This document shows, piece by piece, positions 1-8,441 of a stretch of DNA of 16,129 nt. Numbering within the stretch: position 1 is the first letter of the stretch; every line of letters begins with the position of its first letter. Location of the stretch: IMG/VR virus record IMGVR_UViG_2563367001_000002, one strand, 5' to 3'. Made by a program: the position numbers and the translations under genes. Origin of the DNA: a virus (lineage: Duplodnaviria > Heunggongvirae > Uroviricota > Caudoviricetes). The notes under the pieces are model-generated. The model had not been told where the DNA came from, searched no databases, and saw only the letters and a list, made by a program, of their open reading frames with translations.

Positions 1-2
1 GC

Positions 3-1913
3 GTGGAGGTGGACAAGGTCGCTGAAGCCTTCGGGAAGCTGACCACAGACCCGACGTCGGGGCTGACGGCGATGGCACGCCAGTTCCATAACGTGACGGC
101 GGAGCAGATTGCGTATGTTGCTCAGTTGCAGCGTTCCGGCGATGAAGCCGGGGCATTGCAGGCGGCGAACGAGGCCGCAACGAAAGGGTTTGATGACCAG
201 ACCCGCCGCCTGAAAGAGAACATGGGCACGCTGGAGACCTGGGCAGACAGGACTGCGCGGGCATTCAAATCCATGTGGGATGCGGTGCTGGATATTGGTC
301 GTCCTGATACCGCGCAGGAGATGCTGATTAAGGCAGAGGCTGCGTTTAAGAAAGCAGACGACATCTGGAATCTGCGCAAGGATGATTATTTTGTTAACGA
401 TGAAGCGCGGGCGCGTTACTGGGATGACCGTGAAAAGGCCCGTCTTGCGCTTGAAGCCGCCCGAAAGAAGGCTGAGCAGCAGACTCAACAGGACAAAAAT
501 GCGCAGCAGCAGAGCGATACCGAAGCGTCACGGCTGAAATATACCGAAGAGGCGCAGAAGGCTTACGAACGGCTGCAGACGCCGCTGGAGAAATATACCG
601 CCCGTCAGGAAGAACTGAACAAGGCACTGAAAGACGGGAAAATCCTGCAGGCGGATTACAACACGCTGATGGCGGCGGCGAAAAAGGATTATGAAGCGAC
701 GCTGAAAAAGCCGAAACAGTCCGGCGTGAAGGTGTCTGCGGGCGATCGTCAGGAAGACAGTGCTCATGCTGCTCTGCTGACGCTTCAGGCAGAACTCCGG
801 ACGCTGGAGAAGCATGCCGGAGCAAATGAGAAAATCAGCCAGCAGCGCCGGGATTTGTGGAAGGCGGAGAGTCAGTTCGCGGTACTGGAGGAGGCGGCGC
901 AACGTCGCCAGCTGTCTGCACAGGAGAAATCCCTGCTGGCGCATAAAGATGAGACGCTGGAGTACAAACGCCAGCTGGCTGCGCTTGGCGACAAGGTTAC
1001 GTATCAGGAGCGCCTGAACGCGCTGGCGCAGCAGGCGGATAAATTCGCACAGCAGCAACGGGCAAAACGGGCCGCCATTGATGCGAAAAGCCGGGGGCTG
1101 ACTGACCGGCAGGCAGAACGGGAAGCCACGGAACAGCGCCTGAAGGAACAGTATGGCGATAATCCGCTGGCGCTGAATAACGTCATGTCAGAGCAGAAAA
1201 AGACCTGGGCGGCTGAAGACCAGCTTCGCGGGAACTGGATGGCAGGCCTGAAGTCCGGCTGGAGTGAGTGGGAAGAGAGCGCCACGGACAGTATGTCGCA
1301 GGTAAAAAGTGCAGCCACGCAGACCTTTGATGGTATTGCACAGAATATGGCGGCGATGCTGACCGGCAGTGAGCAGAACTGGCGCAGCTTCACCCGTTCC
1401 GTGCTGTCCATGATGACAGAAATTCTGCTTAAGCAGGCAATGGTGGGGATTGTCGGGAGTATCGGCAGCGCCATTGGCGGGGCTGTTGGTGGCGGCGCAT
1501 CCGCGTCAGGCGGTACAGCCATTCAGGCCGCTGCGGCGAAATTCCATTTTGCAACCGGAGGATTTACGGGAACCGGCGGCAAATATGAGCCAGCGGGGAT
1601 TGTTCACCGTGGTGAGTTTGTCTTCACGAAGGAGGCAACCAGCCGGATTGGCGTGGGGAATCTTTACCGGCTGATGCGCGGCTATGCCACCGGCGGTTAT
1701 GTCGGTACACCGGGCAGCATGGCAGACAGCCGGTCGCAGGCGTCCGGGACGTTTGAGCAGAATAACCATGTGGTGATTAACAACGACGGCACGAACGGGC
1801 AGATAGGTCCGGCCGCTCTGAAGGCGGTGTATGACATGGCCCGCAAGGGTGCCCGTGATGAAATTCAGACACAGATGCGTGATGGTGGCCTGTTCTCCGG
1901 AGGTGGACGATGA
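3..1913 (+). CDS. H: Tail tape measure protein (lambda gpH-like), C-terminal 636 aa; 5' end outside window
   Basis: ORF open from the window edge. Charged coiled-coil-like region, then a Gly-rich segment and a C-terminus ending ...MRDGGLFSGGGR, consistent with my recollection of lambda gpH. Sits immediately upstream of M-L-K-I-J. Stop overlaps the M start (ATGA at 1910-1913). Confidence 0.9.
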   Translation: MEVDKVAEAFGKLTTDPTSGLTAMARQFHNVTAEQIAYVAQLQRSGDEAGALQAANEAATKGFDDQTRRLKENMGTLETWADRTARAFKSMWDAVLDIGRPDTAQEMLIKAEAAFKKADDIWNLRKDDYFVNDEARARYWDDREKARLALEAARKKAEQQTQQDKNAQQQSDTEASRLKYTEEAQKAYERLQTPLEKYTARQEELNKALKDGKILQADYNTLMAAAKKDYEATLKKPKQSGVKVSAGDRQEDSAHAALLTLQAELRTLEKHAGANEKISQQRRDLWKAESQFAVLEEAAQRRQLSAQEKSLLAHKDETLEYKRQLAALGDKVTYQERLNALAQQADKFAQQQRAKRAAIDAKSRGLTDRQAEREATEQRLKEQYGDNPLALNNVMSEQKKTWAAEDQLRGNWMAGLKSGWSEWEESATDSMSQVKSAATQTFDGIAQNMAAMLTGSEQNWRSFTRSVLSMMTEILLKQAMVGIVGSIGSAIGGAVGGGASASGGTAIQAAAAKFHFATGGFTGTGGKYEPAGIVHRGEFVFTKEATSRIGVGNLYRLMRGYATGGYVGTPGSMADSRSQASGTFEQNNHVVINNDGTNGQIGPAALKAVYDMARKGARDEIQTQMRDGGLFSGGGR

Positions 1914-2239
1914 AGACCTTCCGCTGGAAAGTGAAACCCGGTATGGATGTGACATCGGCTCCTTCCGTCAGGGAGGTGCGCTTTGGTGATGGCTATTCCC
2001 AGCGTGCGCCTGCCGGGCTGAACGCTGACCTGAAAACGTACAGCGTGACGCTGTCTGTCTCCCGTGAGGAGGCCACGGCGCTGGAGTCGTTTCTGGCTGA
2101 GCACGGGGGCTGGAAGGCCTTTCTGTGGACGCCGCCTTATGGTTACAGGCAGATAAAGGTGACCTGCGCAAAATGGTCGTCGCAGGTCAGTATGTTGCGT
2201 GTTGAGTTCAGCGCAGAGTTTAAACAGGTGGTGAACTGA
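1910..2239 (+). CDS. M: Minor tail protein M (lambda gpM-like), 109 aa
   Basis: 109-aa ORF, the same length as lambda M, beginning MKTFRWKVKPGMDV... Translationally coupled to H upstream (ATGA) and L downstream (TGATG). Conserved gene order. Confidence 0.9.
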   Translation: MKTFRWKVKPGMDVTSAPSVREVRFGDGYSQRAPAGLNADLKTYSVTLSVSREEATALESFLAEHGGWKAFLWTPPYGYRQIKVTCAKWSSQVSMLRVEFSAEFKQVVN

Positions 2240-2937
2240 TGCAGGATATCCGGCAGGAAACACTGAATGAATGCACCCGTGCGGAGCAGTCGGCCAGCGT
2301 GGTGCTCTGGGAAATCGATCTGACAGAGGTTGGTGGAGAACGTTATTTTTTCTGTAATGAGCAGAACGAAAAAGGTGAGCCGGTCACCTGGCAGGGGCGA
2401 CAGTATCAGCCGTATCCCATTCAGGGGAGCGGTTTTGAACTGAATGGCAAAGGCACCAGTACGCGCCCCACGCTGACGGTTTCTAACCTGTACGGTATGG
2501 TCACCGGGATGGCGGAAGATCTGCAGAGTCTGGTCGGCGGAACGGTGGTCCGGCGTAAGGTTTACGCCCGTTTTCTGGATGCGGTGAACTTCGTCAACGG
2601 AAACAGTTATGCCGATCCGGAGCAGGAGGTGATCAGCCGCTGGCGCATTGAGCAGTGCAGCGAACTGAGCGCGGTGAGTGCCTCCTTTGTACTGTCCACG
2701 CCGACGGAAACGGATGGCGCTGTTTTTCCGGGACGTATCATGCTGGCCAACACCTGCACCTGGACCTATCGCGGTGACGAGTGCGGTTATAGCGGTCCGG
2801 CTGTCGCGGATGAATATGACCAGCCAACGTCCGATATCACGAAGGATAAATGCAGCAAATGCCTGAGCGGTTGTAAGTTCCGCAATAACGTCGGCAACTT
2901 TGGCGGCTTCCTTTCCATTAACAAACTTTCGCAGTAA
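2239..2937 (+). CDS. L: Minor tail protein L (lambda gpL-like), 232 aa, Cys-rich C-terminus
   Basis: 232-aa ORF, the same length as lambda L. C-terminal cysteine cluster (CTWTYRGDECGY...CSKCLSGCKF) as in the gpL family. Conserved position. Confidence 0.9.
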   Translation: MQDIRQETLNECTRAEQSASVVLWEIDLTEVGGERYFFCNEQNEKGEPVTWQGRQYQPYPIQGSGFELNGKGTSTRPTLTVSNLYGMVTGMAEDLQSLVGGTVVRRKVYARFLDAVNFVNGNSYADPEQEVISRWRIEQCSELSAVSASFVLSTPTETDGAVFPGRIMLANTCTWTYRGDECGYSGPAVADEYDQPTSDITKDKCSKCLSGCKFRNNVGNFGGFLSINKLSQ

Positions 2938-2941
2938 TCCC

Positions 2942-3685
2942 ATGACACAGACAGAATCAGCGATTCTGGCGCACGCCCGGCGATGTGCGCCAGCGGAGTC
3001 GTGTGGCTTCGTGGTGAGAACGCCGAAGGGGGAAAGATATTTTCCCTGCGTGAATATCTCCGGTGAGCCGGAGGCGTATTTCCGGATGTCGCCGGAGGAC
3101 TGGCTGCGGGCAGAAATGCAGGGTGAGATTGTGGCGCTGGTCCACAGCCACCCCGGTGGTCTGCCCTGGCTGAGTGAGGCTGACAGGCGGCTGCAGGTGC
3201 AGAGCGATTTGCCGTGGTGGCTGGTCTGCCGGGGTGAGATTCATAAATTCCGCTGTGTGCCGCATCTTACCGGGCGGCGCTTTGAGCACGGGGTGACGGA
3301 CTGTTACACGCTGTTCCGGGATGCTTATCATCTGGCGGGGATTGAGATGCCGGATTTTCATCGCGGGGATGACTGGTGGCGTCACGGTCAGAATCTCTAT
3401 CTGGATAATCTGGAGGCCACAGGGCTGTATCAGGTGCCGTTGTCATCAGCACAACCGGGCGATGTGCTGCTGTGCTGTTTTGGTTCATCGGTGCCGAATC
3501 ATGCCGCCATTTACTGTGGTGATGGCGAGCTGCTGCACCATATTCCTGAACAACTGAGCAAACGAGAGAGGTATACCGACAAATGGCAGCGACGCACACA
3601 CTCCCTCTGGCGTCACCGGGCATGGCGCGCATCTGCCTTTACGGGGATTTACAACGATTTGGCCGCCGCATCGACCTTCGTGTGA
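2942..3685 (+). CDS. K: Tail tip assembly protein K (lambda gpK-like; MPN/JAMM-type and NlpC/P60-type domains)
   Basis: ORF in frame 2900..3685. I chose the ATG at 2942 (MTQTESAILAHARR...) because that N-terminus is the conserved one for this family. The lambda reference annotation would start at the internal ATG at 3086 (MSPEDW...), and the ORF track offers 2900, which overlaps L. HSHPGG is a JAMM-like motif; a Cys/His-containing C-terminal half is NlpC/P60-like. The 3' end overlaps I by about 100 nt, as in lambda. Confidence 0.85.
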   Translation: MTQTESAILAHARRCAPAESCGFVVRTPKGERYFPCVNISGEPEAYFRMSPEDWLRAEMQGEIVALVHSHPGGLPWLSEADRRLQVQSDLPWWLVCRGEIHKFRCVPHLTGRRFEHGVTDCYTLFRDAYHLAGIEMPDFHRGDDWWRHGQNLYLDNLEATGLYQVPLSSAQPGDVLLCCFGSSVPNHAAIYCGDGELLHHIPEQLSKRERYTDKWQRRTHSLWRHRAWRASAFTGIYNDLAAASTFV

Positions 3686-4254
3686 AAACGGGGGCTGAAG
3701 CCATCCGGGCGCTGGCCACACAGCTCCCGGCGTTTCGTCAGAAACTGAGCGACGGCTGGTATCAGGTACGGATTGCCGGGCGGGACGTCAGCACGTCCGG
3801 ATTGACGGCGCAGTTACATGAGGTTCTGCCTGACGGCGCTGTGATTCATATTGTTCCCAGAGTCGCCGGGGCCAAGTCAGGGGGCGTATTCCAGATTGTT
3901 CTGGGGGCTACCGCCATTGCCGGATCATTCTTTACTGCCGGAGCCACCCTTGCAGCATGGGGGGCAGCCATTGGGGCCGGTGGTATGACCGGTATCCTGT
4001 TTTCTCTCGGTGCCAGTATGGTACTTGGTGGTGTGGCGCAGATGCTGGCACCGAAAGCTAGAACTCCCCGTACACAGACAACGGATAACGGTAAGCAGAA
4101 CACCTATTTCTCCTCACTGGATAACATGGTTGCCCAGGGCAATGTTCTGCCTGTTCTGTACGGTGAAATGCGCGTGGGGTCGCGGGTGGCTTCTCAGGAG
4201 ATCAGCACGGCAGACGAGGGGGACGGTGGTCAGGTTGTGGTGATTGGTCGTTGA
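3583..4254 (+). CDS. I: Tail tip assembly protein I (lambda gpI-like), 223 aa
   Basis: 223-aa ORF, the same length as lambda I, beginning MAATHTLPLASPGMARICLYGDLQRFGRR... with a Gly/Ala-rich hydrophobic C-terminal half. Overlaps the K 3' end in another frame. Confidence 0.9.
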   Translation: MAATHTLPLASPGMARICLYGDLQRFGRRIDLRVKTGAEAIRALATQLPAFRQKLSDGWYQVRIAGRDVSTSGLTAQLHEVLPDGAVIHIVPRVAGAKSGGVFQIVLGATAIAGSFFTAGATLAAWGAAIGAGGMTGILFSLGASMVLGGVAQMLAPKARTPRTQTTDNGKQNTYFSSLDNMVAQGNVLPVLYGEMRVGSRVASQEISTADEGDGGQVVVIGR

Positions 4255-4274
4255 TGAAAAACGTTTTATGTGAA

Positions 4275-4300
4275 ACCGCCTCAGGGCGGTTTTGTCGTTT
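4275..4300 (+). terminator. Short I-J intergenic hairpin with U-rich tail (possible attenuator)
   Basis: ACCGCC-tcag-GGCGGT (6-bp stem, 4-nt loop) followed by TTTTGTCGTTT, sitting between the I stop (4254) and the J start (4315). Weak stem, so low confidence. Confidence 0.3.
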
Positions 4301-4314
4301 CTGGAGCGTGAGGA

Positions 4315-7300
4315 ATGGGTAAAGGCAGCAGTAAGGGGCATACCCCGCGCGAAGCGAAGGACAACCTGAAATCATCCCAGATGCTGAGCGTGATAGACGC
4401 CATCAGTGAAGGGCCGATTGAAGGTCCGGTGGACGGATTAAAAAGTGTGCTGCTGAACAGTACGCCAGTGCTGGACAGTGAGGGGAATACCAATATCTCC
4501 GGTGTCACGGTGGTTTTCCGGGCAGGTGAGCAGGAGCAGACACCGCCGGAGGGATTTGAATCCTCCGGCTCCGAGACGGTGCTGGGTACGGAAGTGAAGT
4601 ACGACACGCCGATTACCCGGACCATCACGTCTGCAAACATCGACCGTCTGCGCTTTACCTTCGGTGTGCAGGCACTGGTGGAAACCACCTCAAAGGGGGA
4701 CAGGAATCCATCGGAAGTCCGCCTGCTGGTTCAGATACAACGTAACGGTGGCTGGGTGACGGAAAAAGACATCACCATTAAGGGTAAAACCACCTCGCAG
4801 TATCTGGCCTCAGTGGTGGTGGATAACCTGCCGCCGCGCCCGTTTAATATCCGGATGCGCAGGATGACGCCGGACAGCACCACAGACCAGCTGCAGAACA
4901 AAACGCTCTGGTCGTCATACACCGAAATCATCGATGTGAAACAGTGCTACCCGAACACGGCACTGGTCGGCGTGCAGGTGGACTCGGAGCAGTTCGGCAG
5001 CCAGCAGGTGAGCCGTAATTATCATCTGCGCGGGCGTATTCTGCAGGTGCCGTCGAACTATAACCCGCAGACGCGGCAATACAGCGGTATCTGGGACGGG
5101 ACGTTTAAACCGGCATACAGCAACAACATGGCCTGGTGTCTGTGGGATATGCTGACCCATCCGCGCTACGGCATGGGGAAGCGTCTCGGTGCGGCGGATG
5201 TGGACAAATGGGCGCTGTATGTCATCGGCCAGAATTGCGACCAGTCGGTGCCGGATGGCTTTGGTGGCACGGAGCCGCGCATCACCTGTAATGCCTGGCT
5301 GACCACGCAGCGCAAGGCGTGGGATGTGCTCAGTGATTTCTGCTCGGCGATGCGCTGTATGCCGGTATGGAACGGGCAGACGCTGACGTTCGTGCAGGAC
5401 CGGCCATCGGATAAGGTGTGGACCTATAACCGTAGTAATGTGGTGATGCCGGATGATGGCGCGCCGTTCCGCTACAGCTTCAGCGCCCTGAAGGACCGTC
5501 ATAATGCCGTTGAGGTGAACTGGATTGACCCGAATAACGGCTGGGAGACGGCGACAGAGCTTGTGGAGGACACGCAGGCCATTGCCCGTTACGGTCGTAA
5601 CGTCACGAAGATGGATGCCTTTGGCTGTACCAGCCGGGGGCAGGCACACCGCGCCGGGCTGTGGCTGATTAAAACAGAACTGCTGGAAACGCAGACCGTG
5701 GATTTCAGCGTCGGCGCAGAAGGGCTTCGCCATGTACCGGGTGATGTTATTGAAATCTGCGATGATGACTATGCGGGGATCAGCATTGGCGGGCGCGTGC
5801 TGGCGGTGAACAGCCAGACCCGGACGCTGACGCTCGACCGTGAAATCACGCTGCCATCCTCCGGTACCACGCTGATAAGCCTGGTTGACGGGCAGGGGAG
5901 TCCGGTCAGCGTGGAGGTTCAGTCCGTCACCGACGGCGTGAAGGTGAAAGTGAGTCGGGTTCCTGACGGCGTTGCCGGATACAGCGTGTGGGGGCTGAAG
6001 CTGCCGACGCTGCGCCAGCGCCTGTTCCGCTGTGTGAGTATCCGTGAGAACGACGACGGCACGTATGCCATCACCGCCGTGCAGCATGTACCGGAAAAAG
6101 AGGCCATCGTGGATAACGGGGCGTACTTTGACGGCGACCAGAGCGGCACGGTGAATGGTGTCACGCCGCCAGCGGTGCAGCACCTGACCGCCGAAGTCAC
6201 CGCAGACAGCGGGGAATATCAGGTGCTGGCGCGCTGGGACACGCCGAAGGTGGTGAAGGGCGTGAGCTTCCTGCTCCGTCTGACCGTAACAGCGGATGAC
6301 GGCAGTGAGCGGCTGGTCAGCACGGCCCGGACGACGGAAACCACATACCGCTTCAGGCAACTGGCGCTGGGGAACTACAGGCTGACAGTCCGGGCGGTAA
6401 ATGCGTGGGGGCAGCAGGGCGATCCGGCGTCGGTATCGTTCCGGATTGCCGCACCGGCAGCACCGTCGAGGATTGAGCTGACGCCGGGCTATTTTCAGAT
6501 AACCGCCACGCCGCATCTTGCCGTTTATGACCCGACGGTACAGTTTGAGTTCTGGTTCTCGGAAAAGCGGATTACCGATATCAGGCAGGTTGAAACCACA
6601 GCCCGCTATCTTGGTACGGCGCTGTACTGGATAGCCGCCAGTATCAATATCAAACCGGGCCATGATTATTACTTTTATATCCGCAGTGTGAACACCGTTG
6701 GCAAATCGGCATTCGTGGAGGCCGTCGGTCGGGCGAGCGATGATGCGGAAGGTTACCTGGATTTTTTCAAAGGCAAGATAACCGAATCCCATCTCGGCAA
6801 GGAGCTGCTGGAAAAAGTCGAGCTGACGGAGGATAACGCCAGCAGACTGGAGGAGTTTTCGAAAGAGTGGAAGGACGCCAACGATAAGTGGAATGCCATG
6901 TGGGGCGTCAAAATTGAGCAGACCAAAGACGGCAAACATTATGTCGCGGGGCTTGGCCTCAGCATGGAGGACACGGAGGAAGGCAAACTGAGCCAGTTCC
7001 TGGTTGCCGCTAACCGTATCGCATTTATTGACCCGGCAAACGGGAATGAAACGCCGATGTTTGTGGCGCAGGGCAATCAGATATTCATGAACGAAGTGTT
7101 CCTGAAATATCTGACGGCTCCCACCATTACCAGCGGCGGTAATCCTCCGGCATTTTCCCTGACACCGGACGGGCGGCTGACGGCGAAAAATGCCGATATC
7201 AGCGGTAACGTGAATGCGAACTCCGGGACGCTCAACAACGTCACGATTAACGAGAACTGCCGGGTTCTGGGAAAACTGTCCGCGAACCAGATTGAAGGCG

Positions 7301-7710
7301 ATCTCGTTAAAACAGTGGGCAAAGCTTTCCCCCGTGACTCCCGAGCACCGGAGCGGTGGCCATCAGGGACCATTACCGTCAGGGTTTATGACGATCAGCC
7401 GTTTGACCGGCAAATTGTTATTCCGGCGGTGGCATTCAGTGGCGCTAAGCATGAGAGAGAGCATACTGATATTTACTCCTCATGCCGTCTGATAGTGCGG
7501 AAAAACGGTGCTGAAATTTATAACCGTACCGCGCTGGATAATACGCTGATTTACAGTGGCGTTATTGATATGCCTGCCGGTCACGGTCACATGACACTGG
7601 AGTTTTCGGTGTCAGCATGGCTGGTAAATGGCTGGTATCCCACAGCAAGTATCAGCGATTTGCTGGTTGTTGTGATGAAGAAAGCCACTGCAGGCATCAC
7701 GATTAGCTGA
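4315..7710 (+). CDS. J: Host specificity protein J (tail tip / central fibre, lambda gpJ-like), 1131 aa
   Basis: 1131-aa ORF (lambda J is 1132 aa) beginning [20 protein letters not shown]... Long collinear similarity to lambda J as I recall it. The last ~150 aa differ from lambda (receptor-binding region). SD-like GGAG upstream. Confidence 0.92.
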   Translation: MGKGSSKGHTPREAKDNLKSSQMLSVIDAISEGPIEGPVDGLKSVLLNSTPVLDSEGNTNISGVTVVFRAGEQEQTPPEGFESSGSETVLGTEVKYDTPITRTITSANIDRLRFTFGVQALVETTSKGDRNPSEVRLLVQIQRNGGWVTEKDITIKGKTTSQYLASVVVDNLPPRPFNIRMRRMTPDSTTDQLQNKTLWSSYTEIIDVKQCYPNTALVGVQVDSEQFGSQQVSRNYHLRGRILQVPSNYNPQTRQYSGIWDGTFKPAYSNNMAWCLWDMLTHPRYGMGKRLGAADVDKWALYVIGQNCDQSVPDGFGGTEPRITCNAWLTTQRKAWDVLSDFCSAMRCMPVWNGQTLTFVQDRPSDKVWTYNRSNVVMPDDGAPFRYSFSALKDRHNAVEVNWIDPNNGWETATELVEDTQAIARYGRNVTKMDAFGCTSRGQAHRAGLWLIKTELLETQTVDFSVGAEGLRHVPGDVIEICDDDYAGISIGGRVLAVNSQTRTLTLDREITLPSSGTTLISLVDGQGSPVSVEVQSVTDGVKVKVSRVPDGVAGYSVWGLKLPTLRQRLFRCVSIRENDDGTYAITAVQHVPEKEAIVDNGAYFDGDQSGTVNGVTPPAVQHLTAEVTADSGEYQVLARWDTPKVVKGVSFLLRLTVTADDGSERLVSTARTTETTYRFRQLALGNYRLTVRAVNAWGQQGDPASVSFRIAAPAAPSRIELTPGYFQITATPHLAVYDPTVQFEFWFSEKRITDIRQVETTARYLGTALYWIAASINIKPGHDYYFYIRSVNTVGKSAFVEAVGRASDDAEGYLDFFKGKITESHLGKELLEKVELTEDNASRLEEFSKEWKDANDKWNAMWGVKIEQTKDGKHYVAGLGLSMEDTEEGKLSQFLVAANRIAFIDPANGNETPMFVAQGNQIFMNEVFLKYLTAPTITSGGNPPAFSLTPDGRLTAKNADISGNVNANSGTLNNVTINENCRVLGKLSANQIEGDLVKTVGKAFPRDSRAPERWPSGTITVRVYDDQPFDRQIVIPAVAFSGAKHEREHTDIYSSCRLIVRKNGAEIYNRTALDNTLIYSGVIDMPAGHGHMTLEFSVSAWLVNGWYPTASISDLLVVVMKKATAGITIS

Positions 7711-7729
7711 ATTTTATAACCCAGATACG

Positions 7730-7753
7730 GGCACCAGAAATGGTGCCTTTTTT
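7730..7753 (+). terminator. Rho-independent terminator downstream of J
   Basis: GGCACCA-gaaa-TGGTGCC (7-bp perfect stem, GNRA-type tetraloop) immediately followed by TTTTTT; 20 nt after the J stop. Confidence 0.8.
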
Positions 7754-7777
7754 ATTGCAGAAAAGCGAGAGGTAATT

Positions 7778-8377
7778 ATGCGTAAATTATGTGCTGTTAT
7801 TCTGTCCGCAGTAGTCTGGCTGGTTGCCGCTGGTACGCCAGCGAGCGCAGCAGAGCATCAGTCCACACTAAGCGCCGGGTATCTTCAGACCCATACTGAT
7901 ATGCCAGGCAGTGATGACCTGAAGGGCATTAACGTGAAATACCGTTATGAATTTACGGACACGCTGGGGCTGGTGACGTCATTCAGTTATGCCAATGCCA
8001 AAGATGAGCAAAGAACGCATTACAGCGATACCCGCTGGCATGAAGATTCAGTGCGTAACCGCTGGTTCAGCATGATGGCGGGGCCATCTGTACGCGTGAA
8101 TGAATGGTTCAGTGCTTATGCGATGGCAGGTGTGGCTTACAGCCGTGTTTCGACGTTCTCCGGGGATTATCTCCGCGTAACTGACAACAAGGGGAAAACG
8201 CACGATGTGCTGACCGGAAGTGATGACGATCGCCACAGCAACACGTCTCTGGCGTGGGGAGCTGGCGTGCAGTTTAACCCGACCGAATCCGTGGCCATTG
8301 ATATTGCTTATGAAGGCTCCGGCAGTGGCGACTGGCGCACTGACGGTTTCATCGTGGGTGTCGGTTATAAGTTCTGA
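7778..8377 (+). CDS. lom: Lom outer membrane protein (Ail/Lom/PagC family beta-barrel), 199 aa
   Basis: Signal peptide (MRKLCAVILSAVVWLVAAGTPASA), alternating aromatic beta-strand pattern, C-terminal ...GVGYKF. Position right after J as in lambda. Own SD (GAGAGG) and flanking terminators. Confidence 0.9.
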   Translation: MRKLCAVILSAVVWLVAAGTPASAAEHQSTLSAGYLQTHTDMPGSDDLKGINVKYRYEFTDTLGLVTSFSYANAKDEQRTHYSDTRWHEDSVRNRWFSMMAGPSVRVNEWFSAYAMAGVAYSRVSTFSGDYLRVTDNKGKTHDVLTGSDDDRHSNTSLAWGAGVQFNPTESVAIDIAYEGSGSGDWRTDGFIVGVGYKF

Positions 8378-8403
8378 TTAGCCAGGTAACACAGTGTTAT
8401 GAC

Positions 8404-8431
8404 AGCCCGCCGGTTCAGGCGGGCTTTTTTG
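8404..8431 (+). terminator. Rho-independent terminator downstream of lom
   Basis: AGCCCGCC-ggttca-GGCGGGCT (8-bp stem) followed by TTTTTT; 27 nt after the lom stop. Confidence 0.8.
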
Positions 8432-8441
8432 TGGAGTGGAT

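Noticed and set aside
394-1955. Several minus-strand ORFs (143-176 aa) and small plus-strand ORFs overlapping the tape measure gene
   Set aside because: Antisense or alternate-frame artefacts of the GC-rich H coding region; Arg/Cys/Pro-rich nonsense-like sequences.
3583-3685. K/I ~100-nt out-of-frame overlap as a possible programmed frameshift site
   Set aside because: This overlap is a conserved feature of lambda K and I, which are translated independently. I saw no slippery heptamer with a downstream structure. The known lambda tail frameshift is in G/GT, which lies upstream of this window.
4915-6939. 674-aa antisense ORF on the minus strand inside J
   Set aside because: Lies wholly inside the well-supported J gene on the opposite strand. 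The Arg/Pro/His-rich low-complexity translation is typical of antisense frames in GC-rich coding DNA. No SD or plausible start context.
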